Shown piece by piece: positions 17,034 through 26,783 of a stretch of DNA of 64,000 bases. The notes beneath the pieces were generated by a model that was not told the origin of the DNA, did not search any database, and saw only the letters and a program-made list of their open reading frames with translations. Both the position numbers and the translations under genes were made by a program. Source of the stretch: Bryobacterales bacterium (lineage in GTDB: Bacteria > Acidobacteriota > Terriglobia > Bryobacterales > Bryobacteraceae); the NCBI GenBank assembly GCA_963712395.1, contig CAVQHR010000008.1, forward strand, positions 912,373 through 976,372, in the 5' to 3' direction. Each line of letters starts with the position of its first letter. Position 1 is the first letter of the stretch.

Positions 17034-20000
17034 CTACCAGATCAGCCGCAGATTCAACTGGATGTTCCGGGCTTCCGACTGCGTGCCATCGTAGTAGCCA
17101 AATACATTGGGGGACGACAGAGTGCGAGCGCCGGTGCTGATAAGCGCAAACGACGTATGATTGAAAACGTTGTACGCTTGCGCCTGGAATTGCACCTGCG
17201 CGCGCTCGGTGACCGGGAAAGTCTTCGAGAGTACCCAGTCAAAATTATTCAACCCATTGATGCGGGCGGCATTGCGGCCCAAAGTTCCGAAATGCCCCAC
17301 CAAGGGCTGCGCCAGTCCGGAGTTGGTCACCTTGTTTACAGGCGTGCCTCCCGGGTTAGGCGTGAACTGAAGATTCAAAGGCCCGACCACGTCCGGCCGT
17401 TGAGTGCCGGCGGCTGTCCCTAGTAGAAGCGCATCGGTCAGCCCGCGTTTCGACCCCGAGCACGAAGTTGATCGGCAGCCCCGATTGCACCGCGTAGATG
17501 CCGCTGAACTGCCATCCGCCCAGCGTCTCCTTCAGAAACCGGTTACCTTGCTTGAACCACGGCAGGTCGTAGGTATGCGAGAGAGACAACCGTTGCCGCA
17601 CATCGAACGCGGATACGGCGCGGTTACTACGGCCGTCGAAAGGATTTTGCGGAACTGCGTCGTCATCCAGCAGGACACCGAGAGCGTCGGACGCATTATC
17701 GATCGACTTGGCCCATGTGTACGCCGCCGACAATCTCAAGTCGCGGAAGATGCGTCCAATCGCCTGGAACTGTAGCGACTGGTAGTTGGAGTTGGCGCTC
17801 GAATCGAGAATGGTCACCGAGCCGAAACGCGGGTCGATGCGGTTCGTAGTGCCGGTAGGGGTCGCGCTCAGACCGGCATTCAAATTTCGCAGAGTGCCGT
17901 TAGCCTGAAGAGCAGCTTCTTCGGCGATCGTATTCGGGGGTGTGAACAAACCCGGCCGGATAAAGTTCAGCGGCCGACTTCTCTGCAAGAAGTTCCCTTT
18001 GGTTCCTACGTAACTCGTGCGAAGCAACAGTTGATTACCGATTTCGCGCTCCACCGTGAAGTTCCATTGGTGTACCTGAGGATTCCGCAAACCTTGGTCG
18101 ACCGGTGTGATATTTCCGAAGCTCTTAAGGGTGGTGCCGAAGTTGCCGACGGTGGACCGTCCAAGCTGCTGGAACGGAGAAGTACCCGCGGCCATGTTGG
18201 CGAACGAATTGGCGCCGGTAAAATCATTGGTCGTGAAGCTATACATGAATGGGGCAGCAAAACGCAGGTTCGTGATGGGATTCAGAAAATTGAAGTCATA
18301 GGCGATTCCATAGCCGCTGCGGACCACCCATTTTCCACCTCCGAGCGTCCAAGCCAGACCAATACGTGGCGCCCAGTTTGTCTGCTGCTGATTCGACTGG
18401 TTGACCACCTCAATCGCGCCCAACGGCCCGCTGCCGGCCCCGCCCATCGGTGCCGTGCTCTGCAAATTGAGATTGGACAACAGTCCGTTTACTTCAGTCG
18501 CTCCATTAGACACTTCCACTCGCATGCCGAGATTCAGAGTGAGAGAACGGCTCACGCGCCAATCGTCCTGAAGAAAAGCGAAGTTGTTCCAAACACGATA
18601 GCCCGCGCACCGAATTGCCGAACCGTTGCACGTAACTGAACGGGACGCCGTTTTGAAAGTCATCGAAACTGTTGAAGGTGAAGCTTCCGCGGACATTCGA
18701 ATCAAACGAGCTGTTCGCCTGTATCCGATTGAGCTCATATCCAGCTTTCAAAGTGTGCGCGCCGATCGAGTAGGTGAGCGTGTCGAGATATTGGAAGGTG
18801 TTCTGCACGCGGTTCTGAGGCGCCCCGTTCCAACCTCCGAGCCCGTCGGTACCGTCGTTGAACGAAATGAACGGTCCGGGATTTTTCAAAACCGGCGAGA
18901 AGTTCGGTGAATTGCGCCCATAAGATGCCAGGAAGTTATTTACCATCCGGGCGGAGAAAATATGGGTGTAAGACGCGGTGATGTTCGCATCCCGGCCGGT
19001 CTGCGAGACACCGTTGCCCACAAGGTTGGAAGTAATAAACGCCTGGCTGCCGGCATTGGCCTCGAGATCAAACACACCGCCGCGGAGAAAGAAGTTATCT
19101 TTTTCCGAGAAGTTAAAATCCAGCCGCCCGCCGAAGGCTTTCGAATTGGCAGTATTCGCAGCGGCATTTGAGACAGTCCCGCTCGGCGAAGAGACCCCGT
19201 TCAAGGCGGAAAAGAGAGCCTTCGCGGTCGGATCGGTAATTCCGGCTACTTGTGCAGGGGTGGGTACTGCCGCGATTACCGCTGCGCCCGCTCCGCGCAC
19301 TTTCGTCTGCTCATACGTGCCGAGCCAGAATATCTTGTTCTTGATAAGACGCCCGCCGACGACCGCGCCCCAATCATTGTTTCGGGTGATGTCCGCGTGC
19401 CCGGTTTCATCGAAAAAGCTGCGGGCATTCAGTTGGTCGTTTCGGAAAAATTCGAACAGACGGCCATGGAACTCGTTCGTTCCGCTCTTGGTGACGATCT
19501 GATACTGGGCGCTCGAATTCCGTCCGTACTCCGCGTTGAAATTATTGGTGATGAAGCTGACTTCCTTTACGGCGTCAATCGGAAAAGTGCCCAAGCCAGA
19601 GCCGCCCGTGGTGCTGATGTCGGTCGCGGTCGCGTTATCCACCGTAATGTTGGCGCCCCGGGCGCGACCGCCGTTCGAGCTGAAGTTGCCGTACCCTAGA
19701 AAGCCATTGTTATTATTCGGCGTTTGCGGCACCACGCCTGGGGCGGTTGCGGCGAAAGTAAGAATACCCGCCGTATTCGTATTCACCGGCAGTTCCACCA
19801 CATTGTCCGAGTTAAAAACCGTCTGCAACTGTGCGTTGGTAGTATCTATCGGCTGAGCTTGATCCGTGACAACAACCTCCTGCGTGGCGGACGCGATCTC
19901 CATTGTGGCTCTTACATCTGAGACCCGCCCCGAGTTAACGTCCACCGGGATTTTGAAGGACGCGAATCCCTGAGCGTCCACTTGCACGTCGTATTTCCCG

Positions 20001-20227
20001 ATATTCAGCAGGGCGAGCCGGACTGACCCGTCCCCAGATGTGGTTCCGGATCGCTCTGTGCCGGTCTCCTGGCTCCGCGCCGTTACTTTTGCACCAACGA
20101 CGGCAGCGCCCGATCGGTCGAGTGCCTTCACTTCGATGTCGCCGCTGATTTGGCCATAGAGCCCCGTTACCGATGCGCCCGCGACGAAAATCGCGAGAAG
20201 GCCACGAAATTTATGGAACGAAGTCAT
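17034..20227 (-). pseudogene. TonB-dependent receptor-like outer-membrane protein with CarboxypepD_reg N-domain, two frameshifts
   Basis: Three consecutive ORFs (18506-20227, 17356-18738, 17034-17390) thread one ~1060 aa protein. It has a signal peptide, a Cna/CarboxypepD_reg-like domain, a barrel and the terminal NIQLNLRLIW. The breaks are at FGNSVRG/YRVWNNF and INFVLG/SKRGL. Confidence 0.8.
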
Positions 20228-20650
20228 TTTTCACCCTCCAGACCCAACTTCCGAGAAGATAAAATCGACTTTATCGATTATGCCCGATTAGATGACTAGT
20301 TCATAAAATAGCGAACAAAATAAAATTCTTTTTACAGCAAAACTGCATTTCATGCAAGGAGCTGAGACGTGTATGGGTGTTTGGCCAAGCAATCGAGCAG
20401 AATCTTATAAAATAGCGGAGGGTGTCGCCCCTACGTCGCCAATTTGCCATCCTGTGGCGTACTTTTGCTCTCTCGAACGTTTCGCTTCAGCCGTCGCACG
20501 CCTAGTCAAGAACCCAACCTTTGATCGTCTTCTGACCTTCAGCGAGAGCAGCCGAAAGCAAACTGGCGGCGAGTGACCTAAATAGAAGACCGGATGCGAG
20601 TTTCATACCCTCTTAAAGCGCTCGATGCGGGCGCAGTGCCCGCGCCACCG

Positions 20651-23600
20651 TCAGATATCGAAGAAATAAACCGCGCCTCCGGTATCTCCAGCAATTACCC
20701 GGCTGCCACGCGCAGCAATAGTCCAGAGCGGACTTTCGAAGAACAGGCGCAGCATGGGTTGGCCGGAGGTCAGGTTCCACAGGATAAGCGTCTTATCCCA
20801 CGATATGGTGACGGCGCGCTCAGCCGAGGCCAACGCGACACCATACACAGCTTGCGAATGACCTTCAAGACGTAGCAACGGGCGCTGATCGCTTGCACTC
20901 CAAAGAATGGCAGTCCGGTCTTCCGATCCGCTGAGGATTCGTGTGTTGTCGGCATCCTGATCGAGAGCCAGCACGCCGGCCGAGTGACCCTTGAATTCAG
21001 CAAGGCTTTCATCAGCTGCCTTGGGGAATGATTTGAGATCCCATTGAAACAGCTTCTTGCTGTCCTCGGCCGCCGTGATGGCAGTCTCGTTATTTTTATC
21101 TACTAAGATGGCTCTCACGCCGTCGGAATCATCGTCGCGAGAGGCTTTGGGGTGGCGGAAACCCTGCAAGAGCTCGCCCGTTGTCGCGTCCCAGACGATC
21201 AGCCAAGTGTAGAAAGATCCCGAGAAGAGCATTTTGCCATCGGGCGAAAGATTCACGGCGTGGATGCTTCCTTTGCGGGTTTCAATGATCCGGACAGGCT
21301 CGTCTTTGCCTGGGTCCCAAAGGATGAGGGTCCCGCGCTCATCGCCACTGATCGCGCGCGAGCCATCGGCGCTGAGCCTGACACTATTTACTACGCCTTG
21401 ATGAGCTTCCCAGATTCGCAATGGATTTCCAGTGCGCGTGTTCCAGACGATTACCGACTTGTCATCCGAACCGGTGATGGCGAGCGATGCATCGTGAGAA
21501 AGACTTGCCGACCGTACGGCGAGCGAATGTCCGGGTGCGAGGGCGGCCTGATCCGGCGCGTCGAGATCCCATAGAATGGCGTTCATATCCCGGCCGCCGC
21601 TAACGGCGGAACGGCCATCGGCAGAGAGAACAACTGACGTTACGCCTGCGGTATGACCGCGGAAGGTGCGCAGGCAGCGGCCCGCCGAAACATCCCAAAG
21701 CTTTAGTGTTTTATCGGAGGATCCGCTCACGAGCCGCTTACCATCGCGCGTGAACGCAGCCGATTTCACGGGACCGGCGTGGCCCTTGAAATCACATATG
21801 ACGCGACGCGACTCAATATCCCACAAGAACAGCCGCCCTTCGCGGTCGCGGCCCAGATATTCGTCGATATCTCGACCGCCATAGCCCGCCGCGATGGCCG
21901 CAAATTTTGCGTCCGGGGTGAAGCTTAGCGCCGTGATACCGCGTTCGATGCTATCCGCACTCCGATCGATTTGAAAGCTGTACAGACACGACTGATTTTC
22001 GAGATCCCAGATCGCGACTGTTCCGCCCGTATCTCCCGTCACGGCGCGGCGGCCGTCTATGCTGAGCGCTCCCGCCGTTATGGCTTGCTTGTGGCACTTA
22101 AGGCGCTCAATTTTTCGACCGGTTGAGACGTCGAGAAGAAGGACGTTGCGATCGAGCGAACCAGCGAGGGCTTTCAAGCCGTCGCTTGCAATTTGGATGA
22201 ATGTAATAGCTTCGCAATGATCGCTGCGCTGCCACAATTTCTCTCCGGTTTCCAGATCCCAACAGACGAGCTTTTTACCCCAGCCTCCGCTGATAGCGTG
22301 GCGACCGTCCGGAGAAATAGCAGCCGCTTCCACGATTGTTTTTTCGGCCGGGAGTCGACGTAAGATCTGGCCGGTGGGAACGTCCCACAAAATAATAGTG
22401 CCGTCCATTGAGCCTGTGAGCAAGTAACAGCTGTCCGCGCTCAGAGCGACGCTCTTTACGGCGCGCTCGTGTCCTTGAAAGGTGTGCCGGCGGGCAAAAT
22501 CTTCAGCGGTATTCGATGCGCGGACTTTCAGCATCGGCTGCCCTTCCCGCAAACCAGCTTGCAGAAATTTGGCGGCGGGCTTAGCCAGGCGCAGGATCGC
22601 CGCGCGCTGGTGCAATTGCTGGAAGAGACTCGCCTGAAGGGCGGGATTTGTTTGCGCCGGATTTTTTCCTGAAGACGGACGCAGAACGTGGCGCTCACGG
22701 TTCAACAAATGCTCGAGTTGCCTCAATTTGATATCGATCGTGCGATTGCGATTAGTCCACGCTATGGCAACATTCAGATCTTCGATGACTTGATCGATGC
22801 CGCGGGAACTGTACTCGGTTTTAAGGCGGAAGGGATCGTCATATGCAGCCTCTAGTTTGATTGCCGCGGCAAGAAGGAAATCCGCGCGCTGGCGCTCCGG
22901 AACCAGATTGCGCACCAGCGCTGCGACCAGCGGATGAACCCGGACGGCGAAGGAGTTTCCACCTTTTCCAAGCAGACTCAGTTGTTGCAGCCTATTCAGG
23001 GCGCGGGAGAGCGGCAAATCGGTAGCCGATTCTCCATCTGCGAGCCCTATAAGCAACCCGAGGCGACGCACCGGGATTACCGCTCCTTCCGGGAAATGTG
23101 CGGCAACCTTTAGAGCAAGCTTCGCGGCGGGACCGCGCAGAGCTTTCCACTGGCTGTCGAGCGTGGCTCCAACCGCGGCCTGGTGCCGCGTCGCGAGTTC
23201 GCTTCGATCGATCTTCGTGGCGTCGATTGCACCGAGCTTCTGTTGGCGTAGCGTTGCAAGATAGCGGACATAGGAGATGTGCGGAAATTTGCCTAGATGA
23301 CTGCCGATCAATGCCAACGCGAGGGGCAGATAGCCGACGGCGTTGGTAATTTCGCGTGCGGCGCTCGTTTCCTGGGAAGCTTCGGGACGACGGCCGCGCG
23401 TGAGCAAATCGAAGGCGAATTCGGGCGCGATCACTTCGAGCGCGTGAGGGATGACACTCTTGATCTCGACCTCGATGCGCGTAGTGAAGAGCAGGTTGCA
23501 ACCAAGATCGAGCGGGCCGAAGTGGCCGTTTGCCAAGCTCGGTTTCGTGAGAGAGATAGGTTCGGCAACGTTATCCAGAATGAGAAGCATTTGTGGATGC

Positions 23601-24355
23601 TTCTTCGCATACGAATAGAGGGCGCGTGTGTAGCGATTGGCGGCGCCGGATTTTCCGGGATCGTCAATTTCGAGAGACAGACGGTCGCGGGCGAGGCGTA
23701 CCAATGCGGAAGCGATCTGGCCGGTATCGTTGGCTTCGAGCCAATACACGCCATCGAAAACGAATCCGAAGCGATGGGCGAACTCGATCGCGAGCTCGGT
23801 CTTGCCAACACCACCCATTCCTGCGATGCCGACGTGAGTAATGCCGATTTTGTTGAGTTGGCCGATTAGCTTAAGGTAGATCTCGACCAAGTCTTGTTTG
23901 CGTCCGGTAAATTCGTCGTCAGGCGCGAAGGGAACGTAGCCCCTGAGCGGGGGAGCGCGGAATTCGTATTTCCAATGGAACGCCGTGCGGCGTTTGAAAT
24001 GCTGAACCAGGTCGCGAAGTCCGGAGGGCGTATCGAGAAATTGCACGCCCTGCATATTTTCGATTTGCGCGGGCAGATGGGGCGCGTCCGGAAACAGACA
24101 GGGGACGATCAGCTTTTCGAGCGCGCGTGCGGTGAGCCATTCATTTTTCACCCAGCGCGATTCAGCCGCCTCTTTACTCCAGAGAAGACAGACTAGATCG
24201 GCTTGCGTGAGGCCCTGCGCGATTTCGGCGGACCAATCATTTTCGATTTTCCGCTGGTCGCGCCAAACTTCCAATCCGGCTGCTTCGAGCGATTTTTGAA
24301 CTGCTTTAGCCTGCTGGCGGTTTTTCGAGGAATAGCTGATGAAGACGCGCGTCAT
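20651..24355 (-). CDS. TIR - NB-ARC - WD40 STAND NTPase (bacterial NLR-like)
   Basis: TIR-like N-terminus (RVFISYSSKN...LLWSKEAAESRWVKNEW). NB-ARC motifs GIAGMGGVGKT, LLILDNV, LFTTR, GYLPLAL. About 14 GH..WD repeats. ATG at 24355 preferred over the TTG at 24376. Confidence 0.9.
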   Translation of the reverse strand: MTRVFISYSSKNRQQAKAVQKSLEAAGLEVWRDQRKIENDWSAEIAQGLTQADLVCLLWSKEAAESRWVKNEWLTARALEKLIVPCLFPDAPHLPAQIENMQGVQFLDTPSGLRDLVQHFKRRTAFHWKYEFRAPPLRGYVPFAPDDEFTGRKQDLVEIYLKLIGQLNKIGITHVGIAGMGGVGKTELAIEFAHRFGFVFDGVYWLEANDTGQIASALVRLARDRLSLEIDDPGKSGAANRYTRALYSYAKKHPQMLLILDNVAEPISLTKPSLANGHFGPLDLGCNLLFTTRIEVEIKSVIPHALEVIAPEFAFDLLTRGRRPEASQETSAAREITNAVGYLPLALALIGSHLGKFPHISYVRYLATLRQQKLGAIDATKIDRSELATRHQAAVGATLDSQWKALRGPAAKLALKVAAHFPEGAVIPVRRLGLLIGLADGESATDLPLSRALNRLQQLSLLGKGGNSFAVRVHPLVAALVRNLVPERQRADFLLAAAIKLEAAYDDPFRLKTEYSSRGIDQVIEDLNVAIAWTNRNRTIDIKLRQLEHLLNRERHVLRPSSGKNPAQTNPALQASLFQQLHQRAAILRLAKPAAKFLQAGLREGQPMLKVRASNTAEDFARRHTFQGHERAVKSVALSADSCYLLTGSMDGTIILWDVPTGQILRRLPAEKTIVEAAAISPDGRHAISGGWGKKLVCWDLETGEKLWQRSDHCEAITFIQIASDGLKALAGSLDRNVLLLDVSTGRKIERLKCHKQAITAGALSIDGRRAVTGDTGGTVAIWDLENQSCLYSFQIDRSADSIERGITALSFTPDAKFAAIAAGYGGRDIDEYLGRDREGRLFLWDIESRRVICDFKGHAGPVKSAAFTRDGKRLVSGSSDKTLKLWDVSAGRCLRTFRGHTAGVTSVVLSADGRSAVSGGRDMNAILWDLDAPDQAALAPGHSLAVRSASLSHDASLAITGSDDKSVIVWNTRTGNPLRIWEAHQGVVNSVRLSADGSRAISGDERGTLILWDPGKDEPVRIIETRKGSIHAVNLSPDGKMLFSGSFYTWLIVWDATTGELLQGFRHPKASRDDDSDGVRAILVDKNNETAITAAEDSKKLFQWDLKSFPKAADESLAEFKGHSAGVLALDQDADNTRILSGSEDRTAILWSASDQRPLLRLEGHSQAVYGVALASAERAVTISWDKTLILWNLTSGQPMLRLFFESPLWTIAARGSRVIAGDTGGAVYFFDI

Positions 24356-24795
24356 TCGATCGCCGCAGCGCTCCAAGCCATGAAACCATTGGTTTTATCC
24401 GCAGCTTCGCCGCCCTTGGTCAATTGCATTATGAAACAGGCCCGCCAGATCCTTTTCGGATTGATCCATTCGAAGGTTCGATAGCCGCCGCCTTTGACGA
24501 TCGTGCCGATCGAGTTATCGCGGAACATTCCCTTGGTTTTGCGGACGACTTCGTAGCCGTGCCCGACGCCTGGCACCCAACCTGTTTTCATGTCGCCTGT
24601 ATGCGGGATATTCATCAAAGCGACCGCGGCACTCGAAAGAACACGGCAGCCGCCGAGAGTCCCTTCGTTGCGCATCATCATATCGAAGCGAAAAATGCCT
24701 TCGGCAGTGGTTACGATACCGCCGGCCGGGCGCGCCATTGACATCACGAATTTTTGCACAATCCGCGAATCGACTGAAGCCCATGCCGGTTCCAA
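24352..24795 (-). pseudogene. beta-lactamase-family serine hydrolase, C-terminal remnant
   Basis: GGIVTTAEGIFRFDMMMRNEGTLGG.RVLS...GGGYRTFEWINPK matches only the C-terminal third of class C/serine-hydrolase proteins. No SxxK region is present. The stop overlaps the NLR start (ATGA). Confidence 0.55.
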
Positions 24796-25730
24796 ATCTA
24801 GCGACCCGGCCGGTTCGCGAACGCTTCACTCAAATATTCTATTTACATGGAGATGATCAACTGAGTAATACGCGACGTGCTTTGGTTCTGGCCGGTGGTG
24901 GCTACGCTGCGAGCGCGTGGGAGCTTGGCCTCATTACAGGGATGGCTGACGCGGGTCTCGACGTCAGAAACGCCGACCTTTTCGTGGGAACCTCTTCTGG
25001 CTCCAGGGTCGCGCTCCATCTTGCGAGCGGAGACGCGCACGAAGACGTATTTCAACGACGCGTTCAACCCGGCCCGCCGTCGTCCGAGCGGCCTCCTGTC
25101 GTTGACTGGGTAGGACTTCGCGACGGCGTCGCTCGCGCGAAGCAAGCTGGCGGCAGCCCGACTGAAATTCTGCGAAGAATCGGATCGTTGGCGTTAGCGG
25201 CAGCTTCGGGCACGAGTGGCTCAAGCCGACGGGAGATCGTCGCGGCCCAGCTGCCGATGGAGACATGGCCGGAAAAATGGGTGCTTATCGCCACCGTCAA
25301 TGCGGACACGGGAGAGCGACGCGCCTTCGATCGCGACAGTGGCATCGATCTGGTGGACGCGGTAATTGCGAGCACTGCTTCCTTCGGTGCGCCGCCCATC
25401 CTGTTTCAAGGCGAGCATTATATTGACGGCGGGTTCTATTCCACGGACAACGCGGATCTGGCGACCGGCTTCGATCGGGTGATGATCCTCGCGCTCAAAC
25501 GGCCCCCGGAAATTCCGTCCATGAGTGTAGTCTCGCTGGATGAGACGGTGAAAATACTGCAAGACAATGGCGCTCTGGTTGAAGTCATACAACCCGATGA
25601 AACCACGTTGGCGGCCCTCGCCTCGGCTGGTGGCGTTCTGAATCCGGCGATTTCCGCGCCAGCGGCAAGGGCAGGGCGCTTACAAGGCGGACGTATCGTA
25701 AGCGAACGTATCTCGTCGTTTTGGAGGTAG
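24783..25730 (+). CDS. patatin-like phospholipase
   Basis: LVLAGGGYAAS glycine-rich loop, GTSSG (GxSxG), YIDGGF (catalytic Asp-Gly). The start is uncertain (24738 or 24783). Confidence 0.8.
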   Translation: MPVPNLATRPVRERFTQIFYLHGDDQLSNTRRALVLAGGGYAASAWELGLITGMADAGLDVRNADLFVGTSSGSRVALHLASGDAHEDVFQRRVQPGPPSSERPPVVDWVGLRDGVARAKQAGGSPTEILRRIGSLALAAASGTSGSSRREIVAAQLPMETWPEKWVLIATVNADTGERRAFDRDSGIDLVDAVIASTASFGAPPILFQGEHYIDGGFYSTDNADLATGFDRVMILALKRPPEIPSMSVVSLDETVKILQDNGALVEVIQPDETTLAALASAGGVLNPAISAPAARAGRLQGGRIVSERISSFWR

Positions 25731-25791
25731 AGAGCGCCAGACTGTTCGGTGACCGCTCCAGAAACTTCCGGAAAGTTGGCCCGGGAGGGTC

Positions 25792-26100
25792 GATCACTCG
25801 CGATCAGTCGTTAGCGTTCATCGGGAGTGCCTCGGCGAGGACCGTGGGAGAAACGCGGCAAAGTAAATGCCGAGGCACTTTCGATAACGGGACTTGAAGG
25901 AAGCGGCTGGCGGGGCCTACGACTCAGCTATGGAGCTAGTTGGCTGTTTTGGTACTTTCGCACTGCTCGGTGGCGCAATTTCGAACCAAAACAGCATCGG
26001 AGAGATGGTATCTCATGCGAGTCCCCGGCCGAAGGCCGGCCGCCGCGCCAGCGGCTTCGTTCTTGTCGCCCAGCGTTTACTAATCCAGAAGGTTGGGCAA
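25792..26100 (-). mobile_element. miniature (gene-less) derivative of the IS91-like element
   Basis: 25792-~25990 aligns with 10771-~10965, including a perfect hairpin AGTGCCTCGGC (25826-36) / GCCGAGGCACT (25869-79). 26035-26068 is identical over 34 bp to 13264-13297. Confidence 0.65.
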
Positions 26101-26161
26101 GCGCCACTTAGCGAATAACACGCTAAACGTGGCCGCGATATGGACTTTGTGATCGTTCGGA

Positions 26162-26783
26162 TTAGGGGTAGCCCTGAAGTCTTGGCGTTCCGTGCTTCCA
26201 TTCCGGAGGAAGAGCAAATCCATCGCGATTCGGCATTTTGACCTTCGGCAGACTCTGGGCGTCCATGACTTCGTCTTCCTTGATGACGCCGTTCTTGTAC
26301 AGCAGGAAGGCGGTGAGTGCGTACACCTCATTCGGCCTGAGCGTCCCCTCTTTCCCCAGGGGCATGCCGCGATTGATGTAATCCCATATCGTCGTCGCGA
26401 AGGGTGAGTGAACGCCCATCGCGTTTGAGTCGTTCACACAAGGGGCGAGACAAGGCGTAGCAGAAGCCGTGTGAGGGCCTTTCCTGCTGATCAACGTGGG
26501 AGCATGGCCCTTCGGATCCTGTTGCCCCGTGGCATCCCGCGCACCCCTTCCGGACATAGAGCGCCGCGCCTTCTTTGGCAGTCCCTTGTCCGGGCGGGAG
26601 TTCCTTTCCGGTCGGGCTGATCGCGATATCCCAGGCGCGGATTTCTTCTGCGCTCGGGGTCTTCCCGAGGCCGTAGGTGGGCGACTGTGTCCAGGCAGTC
26701 TGGCAAATCCGCGACGATGGCCGTAACGAGGAGAAGCCTAGGAAAGCCCATTGTGAACGCTCCCGTCGCTCGCGACTCTCCAC
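26162..26783 (-). pseudogene. SoxD/SorB-like cytochrome c subunit, frameshifted
   Basis: The CAGCHG haem motif is in ORF 26328-26783. The conserved C-terminus (TIWDYINRGMP...NEVYALTAFLL) is in ORF 26162-26557. Confidence 0.6.
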
